Shown here piece after piece: positions 34,200-46,531 of a DNA stretch of 64,000 nt (within the stretch, counting starts at the first letter, position 1; the number at the start of each line of letters is the position of its first letter). This stretch comes from Mustelus asterias (taxonomy: Eukaryota), in NCBI RefSeq assembly GCF_964213995.1, contig NC_135816.1, positions 11,036,001 to 11,100,000 on the forward strand. Reading direction: 5' to 3'. The notes below the pieces were generated by a model. It searched no databases, was not told the origin of the DNA, and worked only from the letters and a program-made list of their open reading frames with translations. The position numbers and the translations under genes were made by a program.

Positions 34200-34790
34200 C
34201 CTTCGTCCAAAGATATGCCGGCTGGGTGGATTGGCCATGCTAAATTGCCTCTTAGTGTCCAAAGATCTGTAGGTTGGGTGGATTGGCCATGCTGAATTGT
34301 CCCTTGGTGTCCAAAAATGTGTTGGTTAGGGGGTTAGCCATGGTAAATGGGCAGGGTTATAGAATCATAGAATCCTACAGCACAGAAGGAGGCCATTCAG
34401 CCCATCAAGTCTGCACCGACCACAATCCCTCCCGGGCCCTATCCCCACAACCCCATGCATTTATTCTAGCTAGACCCCCTGATACTAAGGGGCAATTTAG
34501 CATGGCCAATCCACCAAACCCGCACATCTTTGGACTGTGAGAGGAAACCGGAGCATCCGGAGGAAACCCACGCAGACATTGGGAGAACGTGCAAAGTCCA
34601 CACAGATAGTGACCTAAGCCAGGAATTGAACCCGGGTTGCTGGTGCTGTGAGGTAGTGGTGCTAACTGCTGTGCCGCCGTGCCGCCCATGGTTATGAAGA
34701 TAGGGTAGGGGAGAGATCCAGGGAAAGTCAGTGCAGACTCAATGGGCCAAATGACCTCCTTCTGCACTGTAGGGATTCTATGATTCTATT
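34200..34790 (+). mobile_element. Partial V-type SINE with a nested minus-strand V-type SINE (34361-34688)
   Basis: The nested copy is flanked by ggttat at 34355-34360 and 34690-34695; the host carries two copies of the 52-bp unit. Confidence 0.78.
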
Positions 34791-34819
34791 CCATGATTCG
34801 CAGTTTATTGACTTTATAT

Positions 34820-35905
34820 CGAAACGAGGAGATTGTTTTTCTCAGAGGGCCGTGAGTGTCAGGAACTCTTCCCCAAAAGGCAGTGGGAGCAGAGTCTTTG
34901 AATATTTCTAAAGTAGAGCTGGATAGATTGATCAGATTGATAAAGAGGAAGGTGTTGAATAGACTGTCAATACTGAAAGTTGACAAGGCAATAGGGCCGG
35001 GTGAGGTACATCAAGGATATTGAAGGAAGTGAGAAAGGAAATAGCAGGGGCGCTGACAATAATCTTCCAATCTTTAGACTCAGGAGAGGTGCCAGATGCC
35101 AGGAGATTTGCAAATGTGACGTCCTTGTTCAAAAACGGTTGTAAGAAAAAGTCCCAGCAATTACAGACCAGACAGTTTAACATCAGGGGTGGGGTAGCTT
35201 CTAGGATACAATTATTCAGGATTGAATTGGTAATCACATGGGAAAATGTGAGTTGACTAGGAAGAGCCAGCGTGGATTTCTAAAGGAAAAATCGTGTTTA
35301 ACTAATTTGCTAGAGCTTTTTGAGGAGGTGACAGAAAGGGTCGATGAGGGTAATGCAGTTGATGTGGTGTACATGGACTTTCAGAAGCAGTGCCACGCAA
35401 CAGACTTGTGAGTAAAGTTATAGCTCATGGAATGAAAGGCACAGCAGCAACGTGGATACACAATTAGCTGAATAATAGGAAGCAAAGAGTAATGCTCAAT
35501 GGATATATTTTGGGCTGGAGGGAGGTTTGTTGTTGTGTTTCCTGGGCGTCAGTGTTGGGTCCTATAAAACTCCAACAGGGCTGGACAGACTGGATGCAGG
35601 GGTGTTGATTCCTCTGGCTGGAGGGGACCAGAACAAGGGATCACAATCTCAGGATATTGGAGTAGGCCGTTTAGCTCTGAGATGAGGAAAAACCTCTTCA
35701 CTCAGCGGGATTCCTGTGGGATTGTTTACAACAGAAGGCTGTGTTAGCCAAGTCATTGAGTATATTTACAAAGGAAATAGATAGATTTCTAGATTCTGAG
35801 AGTGTCATGGGGGGAGGACGGGAGCATAGTGTGGATTAGCCATGGTCAGATTGAATGGTGGAACAGGCTCAAAAGGCCAAATGGCCTACTCCTGTTCCTA
35901 TTGTC
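34820..35905 (+). mobile_element. Decayed CR1 ORF2 fragments
   Basis: LKEVRKEIAGALTIIFQSLDSGEVP..ANVTSLFK and VDVVYMDFQK remnants, plus 3' tail. Confidence 0.75.
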
Positions 35906-36126
35906 TATATTCCTAGGTCACTTGTCCACTTACAGGCCTCTGTTAATGGTGGCGCTTAACTGCGATGAAGGTGGGAAAGTGGCAGCGACCCACCCTGCCC
36001 GATTAAATGCCCTCCCCCCCTCATCCCCACCAACAAACTTAGCAGAGAGGAGGAACAAGATTCCTCTCCATAGTACAACTGAAAGCAGCAAAGCTGAGAG
36101 GAAAAAGGATCTAAAGACAAAATTTT

Positions 36127-36632
36127 AAAGTTAAAATTTATTTATTAGTCACAAGTAAGGCTTACATTAACACTGCAATGAAGTTACTGTGAAATTCCCC
36201 TTGTTGCCACATTCTGGCGCCTGTTTGGGTCAATGCACCCTAACCAGCACGTCTTTTAGACTGTGAGAGGAAACCAGAGCACCCGAAGGAAACCCACGCA
36301 GACACTGGGAGACTGTACAGACTCCACACAGACAGTGACCCAAGCCGGGAATCGAACCCAGGTCCCTGGCGCTGTGAGGCAGCAGTGCTAACCACTGTGC
36401 CACCGTGCCGCCCCTTCACCAAGATTGTGGGAGGCATGGACAGAGTAGATAATCAGAAGCTTTTTCCTAGGTTGGAAGAGTCAATTACTAGGGGGCATAG
36501 GTTTAAGGTGCGAGGGGCAAGGTTTAAAGGAGGTGTATGAAGCAAGTTTTTTACACAGAGGGTGGTAGGTGCCTGGAACTCGCTGCCGGGGGAGGTAGTG
36601 GAAGCAGGTACGGTAGTGACTTTTAAGGGGCG
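36127..36632. mobile_element. V-type SINE tail B (minus, 36127-36414) abutting a CR1 fragment (plus, 36419-36632)
   Basis: Family motifs; the CR1 piece is nearly identical to 4060-4262. Confidence 0.8.
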
Positions 36633-36779
36633 TAAAAGATCCCAAGGCCAGTACTTCAAAGAGGAGAGGGGATTTCTCCACCAATATTTATCCCTCAGTC
36701 AATGTCACAAAATCAGACTATGTGGTCATACCACAGTGCTGCTTGTGGGATCTCGCTGTCTGCAAATTGGCTCAGTAAC

Positions 36780-36958
36780 AGTTTTAACAACACCAGATTA
36801 AAGTCCAACAGGTTTATTTGGTAGCAAATGCCATTAGCTTTCAGAGCGCTGCTCCTTCGTCAGATGGAGTGGATCGGACGAAGGAGCAGTGCTCCGAAAG
36901 CTAATGGCATTTGCTACCAAATAAACCTGTTGGACTTTAACCTGGTGTTGTTAAAACT
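36780..36958. repeat. Near-perfect palindrome of two inverted Penelope-like hammerhead repeats (arms about 85 bp)
   Basis: gttttaacaacaccag...cttcgtcagat / atcggacgaagg...tggtgttgttaaaac. The minus-strand arm has the intact core ccat CTGACGA a ggagc-agc-gctct GAAA gc TA atgg (36831-36867). Confidence 0.88.
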
Positions 36959-37639
36959 CTAACTGTGTTTACCCCAGTCCAACGTTGACATCTCCACACC
37001 ATGCAAATTGGCTGCCATGATTTCAACATAACAACACTGACCAAAAGTATTTAATTGACTGCAAAGTATTTTGGAATGTGATGAGCTTATGGAAGGTACA
37101 AATTAAATCATGGTTATGCAATAAAGGCAAAGGAGGGAATTTTCCTGTCCCATCCACCATGGGAATCATAGCAGGCGGGTGGGGGTTGGGTGGGGTGGGG
37201 GGGGGGGGGACCATGCAAAGGTAATTGACCTCGAGCAGGGCTGTGCGGTTTTGGGGTGGGCGCGGCTGGAAAATCCCATCCAATGTTGCTCTGTTTTCTT
37301 TAATCTGAAGCCTGTCTTCACCATCATGCAAGTTGCAAGTGATCAGCCCAGGACTGTGACAATTGGAGGGCGGCCAATGATTGTGTAACACAGGGTATAC
37401 AAGTAGCATTTGTGTTAGTATTGGGAGAATGCTTGTGGATACCTGAGCTCCAGTATATGTCAATTTCACTGCTTTGTTTCCTGCATTACAATAGTGGTTG
37501 CACAACACAAAGTATTTCATTGGCTGTAAGGGGTTTGGGATAAGCTGAGGTTGTAAAAGGTGCTATTGAAATGCACCTTTCTTTTTTGTGTTCCTTCTCA
37601 GTGCTGTGTGCAACTAAGGTGTGATCCTGACAGCAATTC

Positions 37640-38574
37640 CTTTTCATCTGTTCACATGATGTGATCATCGCTGGCTGGGCCAGCATTTATTGCCCATCCC
37701 TAACTGCCCTTCGAGAAGGTGGTGGTGAGCCGCCTCCTTAAACCGCTGCAGTCCATGTGGTGTAGGTACACCGATAGTTCTGTTAGGGAGGTTTTGACCC
37801 AGCCACAGTGAAGGAATGGCCGATATATTTCCAAGTCGGGATGGCGAGTGACTTGAAGGGGAATTTCCAGATGATGGTGTTCCCACGTACCTGCTGACCT
37901 TGTCCTTCTAGATGGTGGCGGTCTCCAGTTGGGAAGGTGCCACCGAAGAAGGCTTGGCGAGTTGTAGATGGTACACATGGCTGCTAATGTATGACAGTAA
38001 TGGAGCGAGTGGATGTTTGTGGGAGGGATGCCAATCAAGCGGGATTGCTTCTTTCTGGATGGTGTCGAGCTTCTTAAGTGTTGTTGGAGCTGCACTCATC
38101 CAGGCAAGTGGGGAGCATTCCATTACATTCCTGACTGGTGCCTTGTAGATGGTGGAGTTAGTAGGTGAGTTATTTGCCACAAGACCTATGGTGTTGTAGC
38201 CATAATATTTGTACAGGAGTTTCAGTTCAGTATCTGGTTAGAGAACAATTGTGACGTATTTTCTTAGAATCCTACAGTGCAGAAGTAAGCCAATCGGCCC
38301 ATCGAGTCTGCACCCACCCAGGCCCTATCCCCATAACCCCATGCATTTACCCTAGCTAGTCTCCCTGAAACTAAGTGGGCAATTTAGCATGGCCAATCCA
38401 CCGAACCCACACATCTTTGAAGTGTGGGAGGAAACCGGAGCACCCGGAGGAAACCCACGCAGACACGGGGAGAACGTGCAGACTCTGCACAGAGAGTGAC
38501 CCAAGCCAGGAATCGAACCCAGGTCCCTGGCGCTGTGAGGCAGCAGTGCTAACCACTGTGCCACCGTGCCACCC
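37640..38574 (-). mobile_element. LINE 3' fragment (37640-38250) and V-type SINE tail A (38264-38574)
   Basis: YKAPVRNVMECSPLAWMSAAPTTLKKLDTIQK RT C-terminal remnant; SINE motifs. Confidence 0.78.
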
Positions 38575-40324
38575 AAGTTGTAAGATACTGGGCTAAATCT
38601 CTGGATCTATGAGCCTTGCGTGCAATGTCGCAGTTCCCACACCAAAATACTGTACCCTCGTTCTTCCCAGAAGCATGCGGTACAGTGGAAGAGGAACTTT
38701 CATGTGGTTCCGGTTTTCTCTGTGACCAGGAGCCTGGAATCAGTCCAGCTGAGCAATCTGAAACTGTAGATCCAACCGACCCCCCCCCCCCCACCCCCTA
38801 AACCTCGTTACAGAATTCCGAAATGGGCGGCAAATAGGCTGCACACTTCAGCATTTCCACTTGGGGCAGTAACCTGGGGGAAACTGATCACACGTCCATT
38901 GTACGATCTCTTCCATCTTCAACTGCATTGAAATGAATGGGACAAATATGGAATGTGTTCTGGAGAGGAAATATCTTCCATATCGTGACAGCCAATGAAG
39001 CACCTTTTGAAATGTGGCCACTGTTGTAATGTAAGGAACGAGGCAGCCAGGTTTGGGCACAGCAAGATCCCATAAATAACGCTATCTTAAATGACAAGAC
39101 CGTTTGTTTGTTGTGATGCCGATTGAGGGATAAATATTATTGGCCAGGACACTGGGAGAACAATCCTGCTCTTCTTCAAAATAGAGCTATTGAGAGCTTT
39201 TAATTCAGCCTGATAGGCCTGGGTTTAACTTCCCAACTGAATGCAGATACTGCCAGCAATGCAGCATTCCCTCAGTACTGCACCAAATGTGTCAGCCTAG
39301 ATTATGTGCTGTGATGACATTGTGGTACTGACGTATTTCATATTAAAGGGGAATGTTTTAGAGTTCAGTTTTTTCCACAGGCAGTCGGTGTGTCTCGGAA
39401 ACATGCAGCTCAGATGCTGGGAAAGCAGGATAATTACTCATTTTAGGTGAGTCATGTTTATTTAGGATTGAGCTAATGGATTTTTATTTATAGATGAAAA
39501 TGTCCCCTGGTTTATTTTTGATTAAAGGAATAGAAGGTAGGTTTAGGTATACAGGAACATGTGATAATGTGATTAATGGGAGGAGCTAGATATGTAGCAG
39601 AGAGAAAATGATTTCTGTTTAGTTTCTGTGGGGCTGTTTAAGGACAAAAGTCTGCAAGCTGCTCTGAAAATCAAATCGTCTCCGAAAGCTACAATACTGC
39701 AAACACAATTTATAGCAAGTCTGCCTGGGTTTGCTAATTGTATTTATGAGCATTTGAGCCAAAGATAAGTGTTGCTTATTTGGCATTGAAATAGTGATAA
39801 GTTAGAAATTAGAGTTATTTCATTTCTTTAACAATTGTTTCACTGTTCAGAGTTAAGCTGCTTCATTTTGTTAGAGTTATATTTAAACTGTGTTATGAAT
39901 AAAGCTTTTTTGAGAAAAGATCTCTAACTTGTCAGTGGAATTACTGGGAAGTGAAGCATCCTGTCCTCATATTAATGCCAAAATAGAAAATATGTTGGGG
40001 TCTAGTCTGGCTTCATAGTATACCATGGGGGTTCGGGCCCAGGACCCTAATGGTGCTCTTAATTTGAAAATGTTCTGAGATAATGAATATTCATGGGATA
40101 CAAATGTATCGAAAATAGGAACTCACCACCAGATGGCCGACTATCAGAAAACTGAGATTTCAGCTTCAGCCCAAGTGAATCAATCCATCCACCACATTCC
40201 CCATTCTCACAGACCCCATTAAATACCATCCTTGGACCTCCCTGAGGTCGAGGTACTTCAACAAATGATACTTACAAAAATATTGCTTCCTGAAGACTCT
40301 GGGTTCACTTCCTCCAGCTGAGGG

Positions 40325-41420
40325 ATCTAGGGTGCGGTAACCAAATGGATACAAAATTGGCTTGATGACAGAACACAGTGGGTGGTTGTAGAGGGTTGTT
40401 TTTCAAACTGGAGGCCTGTGACCAGCGGTGTGCCTCAGGGATCAGTGCTGGGTCCACTGTTATTTGTCATTTATATTAATGACTTGGATGAGAGTTTAGT
40501 AGGCATGGTTAGTAAGTTTGCAGATGACACCAAGATTGGTGGCATAGTGAACAGTGAGGAAGGTTATCTCGGATTGCAATGGTATCTTGATCAATTGGGC
40601 CAGTGGGCTGATGAATGGCAGATGGAATTTAATTTAGATAAATGCGAGGTGATGCATTTTGGTAGATCAAACCAGGGGTGGACTTACTCTGTTAATGGTA
40701 GGGCACTGGGGAGAGTTATAGAACCAAGAGATCTAGGCTCCTTGAAAGTGGAGTTACAGGTGAACAGAGTGGTGAAGAAGGCATTCGGCATGCTTGGTTT
40801 CATTGGTCAGAACATTGAATACAGGAGTTGGGACGGCTTGTTGAAGTTGTACAAGACATTGGTAAGGCCACACTTGGAATACTGTGTACAGTGTACACCC
40901 TATTATAGAAGGGATATTATTAAACTAGAAAGAGTGCAGAAAAGATTTATTGGGATGCTACCGGGACTTGATGATTTGAGTTAGAAAGAGAGGTTGGAGA
41001 AATTGGGACTTTTTTCTCTGGAGCATAGGAGGCTTAGGGGTGATCATATAGAGGTCTATAAAATAATGAGGGGTATAGGGGTTAGATAGTCAATATCTTT
41101 TTCCAAAGGTAGGGGAGTCTAAAACTAGAGGGTACAAGTTTAAGGTGAGAGGGGAGAGATACAAAAGGGTCCAGAGAGGCAATTTTTTCACACAGAGGGT
41201 GCTGAGTGCCTGGAACAAGCTGCAAGAGGTAGTAGTAGAGGTAGGTACAATGTTGTCTTTTAAAAAGCATTTAGATAGTTACATGAGTACGATGGGTATA
41301 GAGGGATCTGGGCCAAATGCGGGCAATTGGGATTAGCTTAGGGGTTTAAAAAAAAGGGGCAGAATGGACAAGTTGGGCTGAAGGGCCTGTTTCCATGCTG
41401 TAAACCTCTATGACTCTATG
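40325..41420 (+). mobile_element. CR1 LINE, 5'-truncated within RT
   Basis: SGVPQGSVLGPLLFVIYINDL, KFADDTK and LVRPHLEYCV motifs, and a ctctatgactctatga tail. Confidence 0.92.
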
Positions 41421-41605
41421 AGAGCCCTGCTCCTCCTCCTTCCCTTGGCGGCTTGTCCTACTCTATATCGCCTTTACACAATCTCACTGTCAGACTTTTG
41501 GCTGAGGGGCAGGGAAACCACTGTGTCCATGTTTGGAAGCAAGCAGCCTTTCTTGGAATGTGAAGCAAGGCCATGCAATGTGTGAATTTTTGTGTGACCT
41601 TTTTT

Positions 41606-42010
41606 CCAAGATGGCACCGGAGCAAGGCGACTTCCTGCGAGCTGTGCCCAGCATACCCTCTAATTCTATCTTTTACTCTTGTCCTACACTTCTAAACCTC
41701 TATCCTAACTCTTTTAAACTCTCTAACAATGCTCTATTACAATCTCTTAAACATCCTGTAACGCTACATTCTGCACACTCTCCGTATCAAGAACAGCTTC
41801 TTCCCTGCTGCCATCAGACTTTTGAATGGACCTACCTCATATTAAGTTGAGCTTTCTCTACACCCTAGCTATGACTGTAACTACATTCTGCACCCTCTCC
41901 TTTCCTTCTCTATGAACGGTATGCTTTGTCTGTATAGTGCGCAAGAAACAATACTTTTCACCGTATGTTAATACATGTGACAATAATAAATCAAATCAAA
42001 TCAAATCAAA
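41606..42010 (+). mobile_element. Rex1/Babar-like 3' end (about 41760-42010) with a possible LINE 5' leader
   Basis: caagaacagcttcttccctgctgccatcagac...(tcaaa)n tail; upstream segment starts ccaagatggc. Confidence 0.6.
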
Positions 42011-43696
42011 TGCCACTTCCTGTCGTCATCGTCTATTTTAAATCCCAGTGGACAACCCGAAGCAATCTACAAGCTCAGCAGCAGCCGGTAAAAATTAATC
42101 AGCAACTAGCCAGATCACAGTGAATGATTCATTTAAATCAAGCTGGTGGGGTCCTTCCTGCTGTCGACTACTTGCTCCGCTGTGTGAAGTTAAGAGAGCA
42201 TTTTGGCTGGAGCATTGGTGTTGAAAATAGCACCACTGGAGTCAACCATACCCACAGGCTGGCATCACAATCTGCCGACCACCACATGGTCCTTATGCCC
42301 ACAGCGATGCCCTTGCCAAAATGACGTCTGGTGTGTGCCACACTGGCAAGTGTACAAGCAAAGGTATTGTGGAAACTATGGGGGGGGCGAAGGAACCAAA
42401 TTTTGTTTCTGAAAATGGACAGCCAGAACTTTCATGAAAAAAGAGAAGGGATGACGTAATCGAGTTCTTTAAAGGTATGAACATTGTGAAGCAGCAGTGC
42501 TGACCACTGTGCTTCTGTGCTGACCCAGGCAAAAGGTGTTCACGTTGTTTGGTTTAGCAATGATAAATTGCCCCTTCATGTCCCAAGATGTGTAGTGTAG
42601 GGGGAATAGCAGGGTAAGTACATGGGGTTATGGAGATACGGCCTGAGTGGGGTGCTCTGTCGGAGAGTCGGTACTGAATCGATGGGCCGAAAGGCCTCTT
42701 TCTGCACTGTGGTGTTTCTAAGGTGTCGTCCCTCCCAGCATTCTCCAATGCTGAGTATCTGCTTGAGAGCGGCTCACACCCAGAACACTCCTGTCCCAAC
42801 ACAACCCCACCCCTCTCTCTTTCCATCTTAAAGACACTTCTTAAAGCCGACCTCACTGGGGAAATATTAGGCCGAGTCTCCTAATATCTACTTCATCATC
42901 TCAGTGACATATTTAGTTTTATAATGACCCATTGCCTCTGATCTCTGGGATGCTGAATCCAGTGTAGATCCATAAAAGTGTGGGGAACACATCCCAAACC
43001 GGAATATCCATGCAGGAATTGCAAGGGAATTTCTCAAAAAGTTCAAACCTATATTGGGCAATTTCTGGCACTGAGAACCATCCGATACTCTGATTTTATT
43101 CCCAATCATTGCATTGTTTCAATTGTATTCCAGAAATAGATACCCCGGAAAAGTGAGAATTGAAACCACTTCTAACGCCTCGGTAACGATGGGACTGGCA
43201 CACTCCAACACCCCCCCTCACTTGATCTCCCAACCAACTTGAGAAACCCATCCCCAGTGACAGTTTCCCCATATCTACCCCCCGATTAGCCATCTGACCG
43301 CTGGCAACCCTGAATGCCCCTGAAGCATCACAGGACACACATTACCCGACACCCCAACACCCCCCCCCCCCCCCCCCCCCCCGCCCCCAACCCCCACTGA
43401 CTCAGTGACCCCACCGTCCAGGTAGAACCAATCCCAGAAATGCAGGGCTTTAAAGGGGTACATGATGAATCTGTGAGATGGGTGGCAGTGATTTGTGGGA
43501 TTACGAGGAGAGAGCAGGGTAATGGATCAGGAAGTGTAACTCTTAAAATGATCCATCACAGACACGATGGGCAGAATGGCCTCCCTCCATACTGCTTCCT
43601 CTCCATCACTTGCCACAGGGTCGTCACCGGCTGGGTCAAACAAACGCAACGTCTGGTGAGTGCAAGGTCACTACAGAACTTTAAAAGGGGACATTA

Positions 43697-46531
43697 ATCC
43701 GGAACAACGTAGATGAACTTGGGGCGTGGATTGGTACTTGGGACTACGATGTTGTGGCCATTACGGAGACGTGGGTAGAACAAGGACAGGAATGGTTGTT
43801 GGACGTTCCGGGGTATAGATGTTTCACTAAGTATAGGGAAGCTGGTAAAAGAGGTGGAGGAGTGGCATTGTTAATCAAGGATAGTTTAACGGCTGCGGAA
43901 AGGCACTTCGAGGGGGATCTGCACACTGAGGTAATATGGGCTGAGGTTAGAAATAGGAAAGGAGTGGTCAGTTGTTAGGAGTTTACTATAGGCCCCCAAA
44001 TAGTAATAGAGATGTGGAGGAAGAAATTGCTAAGCAGATTATGGATATGTGTGGGGGTCACAGGGTAGTTGTCATGGGGGACTTTAACTTTCCAAATATT
44101 GATTGGAGCCTTTGTAGGTCAAATAGTTCGGATGGGGCAGTTTTTGTGCAGTGTGTGCAGGAGGGTTTCCTGACACAATATGTGGATAGGCCGACAAGAG
44201 GTGAGGCCACATTGGATTTGGTACTGGGAAATGAACCGGGCCAAGTGTTAGATTTGGTTGTGGGAGAGCACTTTGGAGATAGTGACCACAATTCGGTGTC
44301 TTTTGTTATTGCAATGGAGAGGGATAGGGCCGTACGGCAGGGCAAGGTTTACAATTGGGGGAGAGGTAATTATGATGCGATTAGGCAAGAATTAGGGGGC
44401 ATAAGTTGGGAACAGAAACTGTCAGAGAAAGGAACTAATGAAAAGTGGAACTTTTTCAAGGAACAAATACTGGATGTCCTTGATAGGTATGTCCCTGTCA
44501 GGCAGGGAGGAAATGACCGAGTGAGGGAACCATGGTTCACGAAAGAGGTGGAATGTCTTGTGAAAAGGAAGAGGGAAGCTTATGTAGGGATGAGGAAACA
44601 AGGTTCAGATGGTTCGATTGAGGGTTACAAGTTAGCAAGGAATTAGCTGAGAAAGGGGCTTAGGAGAGCTAGGAGGGGACATGATAAGTCCTTGGCGGGT
44701 CGGATCAAGGAAAACCCCAAGGCTTTTTACTCTTATGTGAGGAATAAAAGAATGACCAGGGTGAGGTTAGGGCCGGTCAAGGACAGTAGTGGGAACTTGT
44801 GTATGGAGTCAGTAGAGATAGGCGAGGTGATGAATGAATACTTTTCTTCAGTGTTCACCAAGGAGAGGGGCCATGTTTTTGAGGAAGAGAAGGTGTTACA
44901 GGCTAATAGGCTGGAGGAAATGGATGTTCGGAGGGAGGATGTCCTGGCAGTTTTGAATAAACTGAAGGTCGATAAGTCCCCTGGGCCTGATGAAATGTAT
45001 CCTAGGATTCTTTGGGAGGCAAGGGATGAGATTGCAGAGCCTTTGGCTTTGATCTTTGGGTCCTCACTGTCCACGGGGATAGTGCCAGAAGACTGGAGAA
45101 TGGCGAATGTTGTTCCTCTGTTTAAGAAAGGGAATAGAAATGACCCTGGTAATTATAGACCGGTTAGTCTTACTTCGGTGGTTGGTAAATTGATGGAAAA
45201 GGTCCTTAGGGATGGGATTTACGACCGTTTAGAAAGATGCGGATTAATCCGGGATAGTCAGCACGGATTTGTGAAGGGCAAGTCGTGCCTCACAAATTTG
45301 ATTGAAGTTTTTGAGGAGGTAACTAAGTGTGTTGATGAAGGTAGGGCAGTTGATGTCATATACATGGATTTTAGTAAGGCGTTTGATAAGGTCCCCCATG
45401 GTCGGCTTATGATGAAAGTGAGGAGGTGTGGAATAGAGGGAAAGTTGGCCGATTGGATAGGTAACTGGCTGTCTGATCGAAGACAGAGGGTGGTGGTCAA
45501 TGGAAAATTTTCGGATTGGAGGCAGGTTGCTAGCGGAGTGCCGCAGGGATCAGTGCTTGGTCCTCTGCTCTTTGTGGTTTTTATTAATGACTTAGAGGAG
45601 GGGGCTGAAGGGTGGATCAGTAAATTTGCTGATGACACCAAGATTGGTGGAGTAGTGGATGAGGTGAAGGGCTGTTGTAGGCTGCAAAGAGACATAGATA
45701 GGATGCAAAGCTGGGCTGAAAAATGGCAAATGGAGTTTAACCCTGATAAATGTGAGGTGATTCATTTTGGTAGGACTAATTTAAATGTGGATTACAGGGT
45801 CAAAGGTAGGGTTCTGAAGACTGTGGAGGAACAGAGACATCTTGGGGTTCATATCCACAGATCTCTAAAAGTTGCCACTCAAGTGGATAGAGCTGTGAAG
45901 AAGGCCTATAGTGTGTTAGCTTTTATTAACAGGGGGTTGGAGTTTAAGAGCCGTGGGGTTATGCTGCAACTGTACAGGACCTTGGTGAGACCACGTTTGG
46001 AATATTGTGTGCAGTTCTGGTCACCTCACTATAAGAAGGATGTGGAAGCGCTGGAAAGAGTGCAGAGGAGATTTACCAGGATGCTGCCTGGTTTGGAGGG
46101 TAGGTCTTATGAGGAAAGGTTGATGGAGCTGGGGCTGTTCTCTCTGGAGCGGAGGAGGCTGAGGGGAGACTTAATAGAGGTGTATAAAATGATGAAGGGG
46201 ATAGATAGAGTGAACGTTCAAAGACTATTTCCTCGGGTGGATGGAGCTATTACAAGGGGGCATAACTATAGGGTTCGTGGTGGGAGATACAGGAAGGATA
46301 TCAGAGGTAGGTTCTTTAGTCAGAGAGTGGTTGGGGTGTGGAATGGACTGCCTGCAGTGATAGTGGAGTCAGACACTTTAGAAACATTTAAGCGGTTATT
46401 GGATAGGCACATGGAGCACACCAGGATGATAGGGAGTGGGATAGCTTGATCTTGGTTTCAGATAAAGCTCGGCACAACATCGTGGGCCGAAGGGCCTGTT
46501 CTGTGCTGTACTGTTCTATGTTCTATGTTCT
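43697..46531 (+). mobile_element. Young CR1 LINE with nearly complete ORF2 (APE endonuclease and RT), lacking ORF1
   Basis: VAITETW, GVYYRPP, MGDFNFP and SDHN endonuclease motifs; 585-aa open RT region with QGSVLGP and FADD. One frameshift near 43970 and one stop at 44644-44646; (ttctatg)n tail. Confidence 0.95.

Noticed and set aside
39310-40030. AT-rich segment starting tgtgatg with AATAAA, possible solo LTR
   Set aside because: No clear CA terminus or TSD could be fixed.
44733-45695. Antisense ORFs over CR1 and Gypsy coding regions
   Set aside because: Expected shadows of long sense ORFs; no independent motifs.
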